Counted from the stretch's first letter, positions 1 through 7,922 are shown. The stretch: DNA of 21,070 nt from Gemmatimonadota bacterium (GCA_038153405.1 JAYOYH010000066.1:1-21070), one strand, 5' to 3'. Program-made: numbers and translations. The notes: a model not told the origin generated them from the sequence alone.

Positions 1-22
1 TTCTCTTACAAGGACTTATCAG

Positions 23-100
23 TGGTCGGGGTGGGCGGATTCGAACCGCCGACCCCCTGCTCCCGAAGCAGGTGCGCTAGCCGGGCTGCGCTACACCCCG
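23..100 (-). tRNA. tRNA-Pro(CGG)
   Basis: Reverse complement CGGGGTGTAGCGCAGCCCGGCTAGCGCA-CCTGC-TTCGGGA-GCAGG-GGGTCGGCGGTTCGAATCCGCCCACCCCGACCA: acceptor stem, anticodon CGG, GTTCGAATC T-loop, encoded CCA. Confidence 0.96.
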
Positions 101-145
101 TCACAAAGCTGTTCCGCCAGAGCAAAACAGCCCTTTATAAACACA

Positions 146-223
146 TGGTCGGGGTGACTGGATTCGAACCAGCGACCTCTTCCACCCCAAGGAAGCGCGC
201 TAGCCGGGCTGCGCCACACCCCG
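146..223 (-). tRNA. tRNA-Pro(GGG)
   Basis: Reverse complement CGGGGTGTGGCGCAGCCCGGCTAGCGCG-CTTCC-TTGGGGT-GGAAG-AGGTCGCTGGTTCGAATCCAGTCACCCCGACCA: anticodon GGG, T-loop, encoded CCA. Confidence 0.96.
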
Positions 224-254
224 ACCCATTGCGTTTATATGTGCGAAGACACTA

Positions 255-331
255 TGGTGAGCTATCCAGGATTCGAACCTGGGACCTCCGGTTCCGGAGA
301 CCGGCGCTCTATCCAACTGAGCTAATAGCCC
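255..331 (-). tRNA. tRNA-Arg(CCG)
   Basis: Reverse complement GGGCTATTAGCTCAGTTGGATAGAGCG-CCGGT-CTCCGGA-ACCGG-AGGTCCCAGGTTCGAATCCTGGATAGCTCACCA: anticodon CCG, D- and T-arms, encoded CCA. Confidence 0.95.
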
Positions 332-343
332 CCGATAGCACGA

Positions 344-439
344 TTATATGTTCTTCTTCTTATGGCGATTCTTGCGCAAGCGCTTCTTGCGCTTATGCGT
401 AGCGATCTTATGCCGCTTTCTCTTCCTGCCACACGGCAT
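344..439 (-). CDS. Small ribosomal subunit protein bS22 (AURKAIP1/COX24/mS38-like), 31 aa; absent from the ORF track
   Basis: Hand translation MPCGRKRKRHKIATHKRKKRLRKNRHKKKNI*. Purine-rich GGAGAAGAGAG lies directly upstream of the ATG. Closely matches the Bacteroidota-type bS22 pattern MPxGKKRKRHKxATHKRKKR..xNRHKKK as I recall it. Confidence 0.88.
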   Translation of the reverse strand: MPCGRKRKRHKIATHKRKKRLRKNRHKKKNI

Positions 440-746
440 CTCTCTTCTCCCCTGGATCAGTTCCTTCGGTGTGGTTGTCAACGCGGGCTCGAAGCTCTTT
501 TGACGGTTTAAACGTCGGTGCCTTGCGGCTGCTTATTTTAACTTCGGACCCGGTCCGCGGATTGCGCCCAGTGCGGGGCGCGCGCTCTACTACTTTAAAT
601 GTGCCAAAACCTCTGATTTCTATGTGCTCGCCGCGCTCAAGGGCTTCAATAACCGCCTCGATAAAACCGTCTACAACGGCGGCTGTGTCCGTCTTGGTCA
701 AGCCCGTGCCCTGGGAAATTAGACGCACGATATCTGCCTTGGTCAA
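408..746 (-). CDS. hup: HU/IHF-family nucleoid DNA-binding protein (about 112 aa)
   Basis: (M)TKADIV...IEIRGFGTFKVVERAPRTGRNPRTG...PTFKPSKELR is the HU/IHF signature. Start moved to TTG at 746, which has GGGAGGA just upstream. Confidence 0.92.
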   Translation of the reverse strand: MTKADIVRLISQGTGLTKTDTAAVVDGFIEAVIEALERGEHIEIRGFGTFKVVERAPRTGRNPRTGSEVKISSRKAPTFKPSKELRARVDNHTEGTDPGEKRDAVWQEEKAA

Positions 747-790
747 GGCGTCCTCCCGGTAACCATGAACAGTTATTGACAAGAAATACA

Positions 791-819
791 AGAATATGGC
801 ATGACGAACCCCTTGTCAA
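791..819 (-). promoter_or_regulatory. Sigma70-type promoter for hup-bS22-tRNAs
   Basis: Minus strand TTGACA(819-814)-N17-TATTCT(796-791), about 45 nt upstream of the hup start. Confidence 0.65.
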
Positions 820-852
820 GGGAGCACAGGGGGTTAGAGAAGGCCAATGAAC

Positions 853-1617
853 TCAATTGGGCCGCATAATAAATACTTCTTCGAGGTCGAGAAAATTGAC
901 CTGGGCTTCAACGAAGACAATCTGAAAAACGGGCTCTCTTGGATCCTCGCTCACTTCGACAACGCGACCGATCGGTATGCCCTTGGGGAAGCGCCCACCC
1001 AAACCCGATGAAATGACGTGGTTCCCCTCTTCGACTAGACTGCTCTTATCGACAAAATGCAGCCTAAAACGGCGGCCCTGTACCCACGAAACAATGCCTT
1101 GGGCCCTCGATTCCTGCACAATGGCACTGATCCGCGAACGCATGAGTAATTGCACTACCGCGCTTTGGTCGTCCACTTGCACAACGTGGCCGACCAAACC
1201 ATCCGCTGTTACCACCGGCCAATCAACTCCAATCCCACGGTCGGTGCCGGCATTTACGACAATCGTATCGTCGATCTGGTCCGGATCGCGCCCAATGACT
1301 TCTGCAGGTACGATCTGGGGAATATTCTTTTGCCCGACAAAAGTAAGCGCTTGGCGCAAGCGCACATTTTCCCACGCCGCTTCGCGCAAGGCCATGTTAT
1401 CGAGAGCAAAATAGCCGTTCTGTGTCAGCAAGAAGCGCGAGCGCTCTTCGTTTCGCGCAAAGTCAATTACGCGAGAAAACAGCCACTGGCAGGTGGAAAA
1501 CACGCCGGCGCGCCCCATTTCGGCCAAGTAGTTTTTTTGCGGCTGTGGAAGTCCCATAAGGCTGACAGAAAGCGCAGCTACGCCCCCGAAGACCACGAGG
1601 CTCTTCGATACGGCCAT
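853..1617 (-). CDS. mreC: Rod shape-determining protein MreC
   Basis: N-terminal hydrophobic anchor, coiled coil (ENVRLRQAL), AEVIGRDP, GLVGHV, SSGLGGRFPKGIPIGRV. Starts 3 nt after the mreB stop. Confidence 0.93.
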   Translation of the reverse strand: MAVSKSLVVFGGVAALSVSLMGLPQPQKNYLAEMGRAGVFSTCQWLFSRVIDFARNEERSRFLLTQNGYFALDNMALREAAWENVRLRQALTFVGQKNIPQIVPAEVIGRDPDQIDDTIVVNAGTDRGIGVDWPVVTADGLVGHVVQVDDQSAVVQLLMRSRISAIVQESRAQGIVSWVQGRRFRLHFVDKSSLVEEGNHVISSGLGGRFPKGIPIGRVVEVSEDPREPVFQIVFVEAQVNFLDLEEVFIMRPN

Positions 1618-1620
1618 CCG

Positions 1621-2640
1621 CTAGAACAGCACTTTTCTAAAGCGATCGAACTCTTCTAAGATGCGGGCATTCCCGCGCACAACGGCCGATAGCGGGTCTT
1701 CGCTGTCCACAAAGGTGGGTAGGCTTGTGCCTTCGATCAGTCGCTCCTTGAATCCCTTCAGGATACCGCCCCCACCGCTTAGGATCATGCCGCGATCGAG
1801 GATATCCGCGGCCAATTCAGGCGGGGTTTGTTCGAGTACGCGGCGGACGCCGGCGACGATTTGCGCCACCGGTTCGCGCAGGGCCTCGCGGATTTCGCGC
1901 GAGTCAACGGTCAGGGTTTTGGGTATACCCGCCACCATATCGCGTCCGCGCACCGGGGCCTCCTCTTCGGGATCCAATTCCATGGCCGAACCGATTTGCC
2001 ACTTCAGAATCTCCGCACCGCGCGCGCCGATGAGCAGATTGTACTGCTTTCGCATCCAGTCGATGATAGCCTGATCCATAGCATCTCCGGCAACCCGGAT
2101 CGATTCATGCGTCACAATGCCCGACAGGGCGATCACGGCGATTTCCGTCGTCCCGCCCCCAATGTCAATCACCATGGAACCAATGGGCTGCTCAACCGGA
2201 AGTCCAATGCCGATAGCGGCGGCCATGGGCTCGCTGACCAAATGGACTTCCCGAGCCCCCACGCGCTCGCACGAATTGCGCACGGCCCGTTTTTCCACTT
2301 CCGTGCTGCCCGAGGGCACCGAAACGACGATGCGCGGCCTGACAAAGAGCTTGTTTTTCTGCACTTTGCGAATAAAGTGGCGAATCATCTCCTCGGTCAC
2401 CTCAAAATCAGCTATAACGCCGTCTTTGAGCGGGCGTATAATCTGGATATCCGCGTTTTCTCGCCCCACCATTTCCTTTGCTTCCATGCCGACGGCGATA
2501 ACTTTTTTGGTAGCAAACTGCCGCGCGACAATAGATGGCTCGTTTAGTACGATACCTTCACCCTTTACAAAAATCAGCGTATTGGCCGTACCCAAATCAA
2601 TGCCGATATCATTAGAAAAAAAACGCGAGAAAAAACCCAT
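1621..2640 (-). CDS. mreB: Rod shape-determining protein MreB (339 aa)
   Basis: DIGIDLGTANT, EPMAAAIG, DIGGGTTEIAVI, LSGGGG actin-like motifs. Start reassigned to ATG 2640, with GGAG upstream. Confidence 0.97.
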   Translation of the reverse strand: MGFFSRFFSNDIGIDLGTANTLIFVKGEGIVLNEPSIVARQFATKKVIAVGMEAKEMVGRENADIQIIRPLKDGVIADFEVTEEMIRHFIRKVQKNKLFVRPRIVVSVPSGSTEVEKRAVRNSCERVGAREVHLVSEPMAAAIGIGLPVEQPIGSMVIDIGGGTTEIAVIALSGIVTHESIRVAGDAMDQAIIDWMRKQYNLLIGARGAEILKWQIGSAMELDPEEEAPVRGRDMVAGIPKTLTVDSREIREALREPVAQIVAGVRRVLEQTPPELAADILDRGMILSGGGGILKGFKERLIEGTSLPTFVDSEDPLSAVVRGNARILEEFDRFRKVLF

Positions 2641-2665
2641 ATGGACTCCGTTGATGGTGAAGGGA

Positions 2666-2815
2666 CTATTTGCCCTTTTCCGCCGACTTGTCAAGCCACA
2701 TTTTTAGCAACTTGGCAGCGTCTTCGCTCTGGTTTGTAATCAACGTCCTTATGTTGGCCAGACGCCGATCCCGGTCTTCCTTTTCTTCCACCGCTTTATC
2801 TTTTTTTTCGTCCAT
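2666..2815 (-). CDS. Small 49-aa protein resembling the FliF C-terminal FliG-binding helices; absent from the ORF track
   Basis: Hand translation MDEKKDKAVEEKEDRDRRLANIRTLITNQSEDAAKLLKMWLDKSAEKGK*. Charged amphipathic-helical composition, ends 25 nt upstream of mreB on the same strand. SD is weak (GGACGG). Confidence 0.6.
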   Translation of the reverse strand: MDEKKDKAVEEKEDRDRRLANIRTLITNQSEDAAKLLKMWLDKSAEKGK

Positions 2816-2895
2816 ATATGCAGCCGTCCATAAAGGAGGAAATTCCCGTCTTTATATATACCCACTCGAGTCTAAAATAACACGGGCAAATTGGA

Positions 2896-2926
2896 TTTGC
2901 CAAATCACGGCCCCCCCTTATATTTG
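2896..2926 (+). promoter_or_regulatory. Candidate promoter for the 2999-5912 cluster
   Basis: TTGCCA(2897-2902)-N16-TATATT, which can also be read as TTTG-N19-TATATTTG. Overlapped by the inverted repeat GGCAAAT-TGG-ATTTGCC (2885-2901). Confidence 0.4.
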
Positions 2927-2998
2927 GAACGGCTCGTTCATACTCTGTTAAAACATGTGCAACTCTTTTAAAAACAGCTTTTAGGGAGGTTGATTGTA

Positions 2999-3484
2999 AT
3001 GAAAAAGGCAGCCCGTTCTGTCCTGCGCCGCATCGGTCCTGACAGCAACGTCGACAATCAGCGCGAGGCACTCTTGTCGCGCGAAGTAGAAGAGGCACAG
3101 GCGAAATTGCGCGAACGGAATGAGGGCGATTCTTCTCAGGTCTTTGAGGCGATTCCCGAAGAAATGCTGACCGAGTCGGAGAAGCGGCACGGCAAGTATC
3201 GACGCCAGCAAGCGCAAGCCGGGCGCTTTACACCGGCCGCCGACCGCCTGCCGATCATGACCAAGGAGGAGCGAGAGGCCCACAACAAGAACCGACCCAA
3301 ATGGCAGCAGACCCAATTTGAGGGTCCCATAGAGAAACTCATCGAGAAATACAAAGACCTCGACGAAGTGAGACGTCACCTTTCGCTGGGCCAAGCAATG
3401 AAGTACGAATTTACCGAAGACGGACGCGTGCTCGACCAAAAAGGCAATCTCATTTACGACGGCGAAAAATTGGTCAAGCCTTAA
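2999..3484 (+). CDS. Hypothetical charged cytoplasmic protein (161 aa)
   Basis: Long ORF with AGGGAGG SD at 2983-2989 before ATG 2999. No family recognised. Confidence 0.8.
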   Translation: MKKAARSVLRRIGPDSNVDNQREALLSREVEEAQAKLRERNEGDSSQVFEAIPEEMLTESEKRHGKYRRQQAQAGRFTPAADRLPIMTKEEREAHNKNRPKWQQTQFEGPIEKLIEKYKDLDEVRRHLSLGQAMKYEFTEDGRVLDQKGNLIYDGEKLVKP

Positions 3485-3496
3485 AACCCTCTGATT

Positions 3497-4210
3497 ATGA
3501 TTTCGAAGCAGCGGTTCTTTTATGCCACCCTACTGTCGGCATTCATCCTTTCCTGTTCCCAATCCCCTTCCACGCCGGAGGAATACCTTGCGCAGGGCGA
3601 TGCGCAACTCGAGCGGGGCGACTTGTCGAGCGCAGTGGAATCCTACCGTTTAGCTCTTCATCAGGACACCTTAAACCCCGTTATTCTCGCCCGTCTTGCG
3701 CAAGCTTACAGAAAACAGAAAAAGTTCGATGCGGCCGATAACTTTTTTTACAGAGCGATCGACATCCCCTTTTCTGCTGGCGTAGAAGCCCTCAAGTCAG
3801 GGGACGATAGCACGGCATTCGCCTCTTTTCAGCGCACCCTTGAGATCTATCCCCAACATCCGCTGGCCCTGGCCAAACTCGGCGATATACTACTGGCGCG
3901 CGGACAGGACGACGAGGCCCTACGCCACTTCCAAAAATCATCTGAAGCCAATCCAGAATTGGCCGATACATGGGTTAAACTTGGCCGTCTCTACGCGCAG
4001 AAAAAGCAGACTGAGCAGGCGAAAGCAGCGTTTAACAAAGCGATCCAGATGAATATCAACTCGTTCAGATCCTATTTGGGCCTTGGGCAAATCTATTTAG
4101 AAGAAAAAAACTGGCTCCTTGCAGCTGACCAATTTGATAAAGCGCTCCAAGTGAACCCACAGTCTCAGGCGGCGCGTGACGGCCTGCAACAAGCCCGGCA
4201 AAACTTCTAA
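3497..4210 (+). CDS. TPR-repeat lipoprotein
   Basis: Signal peptide with lipobox ILSC. Several TPR motifs (ALAKLGDILLARGQDDEA, TWVKLGRLY, SYLGLGQIY..ALQVNP). Confidence 0.88.
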   Translation: MISKQRFFYATLLSAFILSCSQSPSTPEEYLAQGDAQLERGDLSSAVESYRLALHQDTLNPVILARLAQAYRKQKKFDAADNFFYRAIDIPFSAGVEALKSGDDSTAFASFQRTLEIYPQHPLALAKLGDILLARGQDDEALRHFQKSSEANPELADTWVKLGRLYAQKKQTEQAKAAFNKAIQMNINSFRSYLGLGQIYLEEKNWLLAADQFDKALQVNPQSQAARDGLQQARQNF

Positions 4211-4226
4211 CGTAAGGATGGGAAAC

Positions 4227-4805
4227 ATGGCGACTCGCTTACTTGCGGCATGGTGTGCGTTTGTTTTGGCGTCCTGTGGAAGCCAATCGCAGGACGCGAT
4301 CCCCGAACAGGATCAACCCTCGCCGCGCCAAGAGCCCAAGACCAGTGCGGGGCAGAACACCCTATATGGGAATTCAGCCGACATTGAGGCCTATCTGCAG
4401 GCGATCAACCCGCACATCCAGGAAATTGGTCGCATTCAGCTCGACGTCGACAAGAGCGTGGGTAGCACCGGCAAGGCAACGGGCGAGAACTTAGCTTCAG
4501 CGATGGAAGTCTATAAGCCGCGGCTCGAAGCGGTCTTGGAAAGCCTCTCCACCGTGGACCCCCCTCCTCTATTGGCTTCCTTTCACGGCGATGTTAAAAA
4601 ACTGGTCACCTTGCGCATTTCGGGATACGACGACACCATTCGCGGCAGGTTGGCCGAGCAGAATTCGGGCGATATAACGCTCTATGAAAACGCTGAGATA
4701 ACACTAAAAGAAGCCAATGTCCTCATAGGACATCTCAATAGCGAAATGCAAAAAATCAACGCAGCACTCAGCAACAACTCTCCGACCCAAACGGCCTCGC
4801 CCTGA
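4227..4805 (+). CDS. Hypothetical lipoprotein (helical)
   Basis: MATRLLAAWCAFVLASC lipobox, Pro/Gln-rich linker, then a helical domain. AAGGA SD lies 8 nt upstream of ATG 4227. Confidence 0.8.
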   Translation: MATRLLAAWCAFVLASCGSQSQDAIPEQDQPSPRQEPKTSAGQNTLYGNSADIEAYLQAINPHIQEIGRIQLDVDKSVGSTGKATGENLASAMEVYKPRLEAVLESLSTVDPPPLLASFHGDVKKLVTLRISGYDDTIRGRLAEQNSGDITLYENAEITLKEANVLIGHLNSEMQKINAALSNNSPTQTASP

Positions 4806-4814
4806 GCTGAGGCC

Positions 4815-5912
4815 ATGCCCAGAAGGTTTAGGCCAGGTCACAGGGCTGCCGTTCTGGGCATTCTACTCCTTACCGCGCTATCGGCCTGTGAGATCGGCTA
4901 TTACAGCCATCTGGCCGTCGGCCAGGGGAAGATCCTTCTCAATACGCAGTCCATACACAACCTGCGTTCAACCCCCCATCTACCCGATTCGACCCGCAGC
5001 CAGCTGGCTCTGGTAGATTCGATTCTGGCTTTTGCCCAATCGCTGGGCCTCCACACGGGCGGCAGCTATACCGAATACTACGATACAAAAGGCCAACCGA
5101 TAAGCTGGAACGTGAGCGCGGCGCCCAAGGATGCGCTACAACCCCACCTTTGGCATTTTCCCATAGTAGGCAGCCTGCCCTACAAAGGGTTTTTTGAGCG
5201 CGAGCGCGCCGAACGCACCTTCGCCGACCTACAAAAAGCCGGCTATGACGCCTATCTGCGCCCGGTAAACGCCTACAGCACGCTCGGTTATTTCAACGAC
5301 CCTTTACTCAGCACCATGCTCGATGATCCGCCCGAAGCGCTGGCCGAAGTGCTGCTGCACGAATTGGCCCACGCGACGATTTTCGTCGACGGGCACACCG
5401 ATTTTAACGAGAGTTTAGCCACGTTTGTCGGTCAGCGCGGAACGCTGCTATTTATAGCGCAGCACTTTGGCAACGATACCTCACTCATCGACAAAGTGCA
5501 CGCTCAGCGTCGCGATGCGGAGCGCTTTCGCCTCTTTGTTGCCGGGGTAGTCCAATCACTCGATAGCTTATACTCGGCCGGACTCGCCTTAGACGAAGTT
5601 CTCGTGCGGCGCGAGGAAGTCTTTGCTGATGCTCAGACGCGCTTTCGCCCTACGCTCGGCCAATACGCCAATCCACGCTACGACTATTTTCTCACTTGGC
5701 AATTAAATAACGCGCGGTTGCTCTCCTTCAAACGCTATCAGAGCAAACAGGACCTTTTTGAACGCGTATTGAGCCTGCACGGAGGCGATATGAACGCCGC
5801 GCTGTCCGTCTTTGCAGCGTGCGGAAAAACGGACAGTCCTTGGAACTGTCTCGAACGGTCTGCGGTCGACCAGTCACCTGCGCCCCTCGATCAATCTCCT
5901 GAGCCGCAATAG
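4815..5912 (+). CDS. Putative Zn-dependent aminopeptidase lipoprotein (Aminopep/DUF2265-type)
   Basis: Lipobox LSAC; WHFPIVGSLPYKGFF, AYSTLGYFNDPLLST, HELAH (HExxH) followed by FNESLA (third-ligand Glu). Confidence 0.85.
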   Translation: MPRRFRPGHRAAVLGILLLTALSACEIGYYSHLAVGQGKILLNTQSIHNLRSTPHLPDSTRSQLALVDSILAFAQSLGLHTGGSYTEYYDTKGQPISWNVSAAPKDALQPHLWHFPIVGSLPYKGFFERERAERTFADLQKAGYDAYLRPVNAYSTLGYFNDPLLSTMLDDPPEALAEVLLHELAHATIFVDGHTDFNESLATFVGQRGTLLFIAQHFGNDTSLIDKVHAQRRDAERFRLFVAGVVQSLDSLYSAGLALDEVLVRREEVFADAQTRFRPTLGQYANPRYDYFLTWQLNNARLLSFKRYQSKQDLFERVLSLHGGDMNAALSVFAACGKTDSPWNCLERSAVDQSPAPLDQSPEPQ

Positions 5913-6933
5913 ACCCTGGTGTTCTGGCTTGGTGCGCAGCCCATCAGCCACAATCCGGCCTGCCCGCTTCCACTGGCCCAGCTCCAGCAGCGCGAGTGCA
6001 AGGCTTTCATAGGCGGCAATATACAGGGGTTGATCGGCGATGAGCTGCTCTAATTGGGCGACCCCGTCCTGCGCGTTACCGCCCTCGATCTCGAGTAGGG
6101 CGAGAGCCCGGCGCCCCTTTGCATAGTCCGGGTTGCGCCGAACAACTTCACCGTAGCATGCGCGCGCCTTTTCGTATTGGCCCCTACCGAGATACAGTGC
6201 GCCCAGATTATAGCGCGCATCCGCAAAATTAGGATAAATCTGCAGAGCTTCGGCATAGGCCTTTTCGGCCTGATCTTCGAGTCCGTTGCGATGCAGCGTC
6301 AAAGCCAATCCGTAGTGTGCACGCGCGCTCCCCGCTGCCGCTCAACAAGAGAAGGGCAAACAACAATCCGCTCTCTTTTGCCATCGTCGAAGCGAGCAAA
6401 AGGCCCCATGTACATCCCCAACGCAAAGGCGATAGTACGCCTGTTTTAGGCGCGCTATCCCATACTAGCCACCCACCTATTCCGAGGGCAAATGCGAGCA
6501 GTTCAGCCCTGCCAACTATGCCGGCTACCGCTTCGACTAACAGCGGGTTGCATAGGAATAGAGCAGACGCATAAACAGCCGATGCCCGGTTAAGGCGAAG
6601 GCGAACGAGTGCAAAGAGTAGGAGGGCGTTTACGGCATGGAGGGCGACGTTGACCAGATGAAAAGGCCCCGCCTGCAATCCACCAAAGGCTACATTGAGG
6701 CCATAGCTAAGTGTTGTTAAAGGCCGGTAAAGTCCATTGGTATCGTTGTTCCAATAACTATTGCTTAGCATGCCAGCCCAATCGAGGCGAACCACTGCGC
6801 TATTCTCGACGATGATGCCCAAGTCGTCATAGCAAAATTCAAAGCCCGCGGTCTGTCCGTATAGGGCTAACGCAACGAAACCCACACAAAGCGAATAGCG
6901 AATAGACCAAGTGTCGATGTCTTTACCACGCAT
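5874..6933 (-). pseudogene. TMTC-like GT-C membrane glycosyltransferase/TPR gene, split into two frames with apparent internal deletion
   Basis: 6229..6933 has FCYDD, YRPL, HLVNVALHAVN, GRAELL and KES motifs, then turns non-homologous. A different frame (5874..about 6341) reads AAAGSARAHYGLALTL...ADARYNLG (TPRs), is preceded by TGA and lacks a convincing SD. Confidence 0.6.
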
Positions 6934-6971
6934 AGGACTAGGACCGCTCAGCAGGAATCGACTCCGCTACC

Positions 6972-7000
6972 TTGACGTATAATTTGAACCTTGGCATATT
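6972..7000 (+). promoter_or_regulatory. Candidate sigma70 promoter for the TPAT operon
   Basis: TTGACG(6972-6977)-N17-CATATT(6995-7000) with TG at 6992-6993 (extended -10). A TATAAT also occurs at 6978-6983. Confidence 0.4.
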
Positions 7001-7013
7001 ACCCTTAAAAACT

Positions 7014-7922
7014 ATGGTCTTTGCAATCCCTCACCGCCGTTTCCACTCCACTACCCAATACATCATAAAGATAAGCGCACTGTGTATTTTAGGCGGCATC
7101 GCGTTTTCCGGCTGTGCCAACCGGATTAAAATATCGCTGGCCCAGTCCTTGGTAGCTGACGTCGCCCAAGCGACCGAACGCCATGACGACCCTGCCCTTG
7201 TAATGCAGTCCATGCCGGCATTCCTCCTCCTCCTTGAGGGGCTACTCGAAGAGAATCCGCGCAACGCCAACTTGCTCCTTACAGCGACCGAGGGCTACGC
7301 TTCCTATGCAACGCTCATCGAGCTAAACGATAGAGAGCGTGCCCATAATAGCTACGGTAGAGCCAAGGAGTTTGGCCTTCGGGCACTACACAAACGCAAA
7401 AAAATACGGCACTTATTAGGGGCGCCCTTTACCCAGTTTTCTACGATAACTGCACATTTAAAACCGAAAGACCTACCCCTTGTATTTTGGACGGCGAGTG
7501 CCTGGGGCGGCTGGATAAGCACCAACCTTGAGTCCATGGCAGCCCTAGCCGACTTACCTAAGGTCATCCACTTAATGGAGTGGGTTATCGGCGTAGACGA
7601 GGGCTTTAAACACGCGGCGCCCCACCTTTTTTTGGGTGTGTACTACGCCGCACTTCCTCCCATGCTCGGCGGCCAACCCGACAGGGCACTCCATCACTTT
7701 AACCGCAGCCATGAACTGACCAATGGCACGTCACTTATGGTCCACGTGCTGAAGGCTCGCTACTATGCCCGACAGATCTTTGATCGCGATCTGCACGATG
7801 CGCTGCTGCGAGAGGTCCTGCAAACAGAGACCGCGCCCGAAGCATCCGACTTGATCCTGCAAAACGAAATGGCAAAGACTATGGCGCGCCAACTATTAGA
7901 GGAGAGCGATGCATTCTTTTAG
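7014..7922 (+). CDS. TRAP transporter TatT component (TPAT lipoprotein)
   Basis: Lipobox-like FSGC; D.DP.LV..SMP..L..LEGLL, LFLGVYYA..PPMLGG.P..A..HF, ARYYA and QNEMAK..AR.LL fit the TatT family. Overlaps the dctP start. Start codon uncertain. Confidence 0.82.
   Translation: MVFAIPHRRFHSTTQYIIKISALCILGGIAFSGCANRIKISLAQSLVADVAQATERHDDPALVMQSMPAFLLLLEGLLEENPRNANLLLTATEGYASYATLIELNDRERAHNSYGRAKEFGLRALHKRKKIRHLLGAPFTQFSTITAHLKPKDLPLVFWTASAWGGWISTNLESMAALADLPKVIHLMEWVIGVDEGFKHAAPHLFLGVYYAALPPMLGGQPDRALHHFNRSHELTNGTSLMVHVLKARYYARQIFDRDLHDALLREVLQTETAPEASDLILQNEMAKTMARQLLEESDAFF

Noticed and set aside
1..100. tRNA-Pro 3' end as an integration site
   Set aside because: No integrase or duplicated tRNA 3' end is visible; the downstream sequence lies outside the window.
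22..402. 126-aa + strand ORF with repeated MVGVxGFEP motifs
   Set aside because: Antisense shadow of three tRNA genes; the repeats are the tRNA T-arms.
350..420. Quasi-palindromic repeats (cttgcgcaagcgcttcttgcgcttatg) suggesting a repeat element or hairpin
   Set aside because: Explained by the AAG/CGC/CAT codons of the bS22 gene on the minus strand.
977..2707. Several 130-240 aa + strand ORFs
   Set aside because: Antisense to mreB/mreC; long shadow ORFs are expected in GC-rich DNA.
2878..2945. cacGGGCAAA start reminiscent of a c-di-GMP-I riboswitch
   Set aside because: No GAAA tetraloop, GCAAA junction or second stem; better read as a short inverted repeat plus promoter.
2796..3439. Minus-strand ORFs 2796..3098, 2981..3439 and 3136..3354
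   Set aside because: They overlap the better-supported + strand gene that has a strong SD, and their composition is typical of shadow ORFs.
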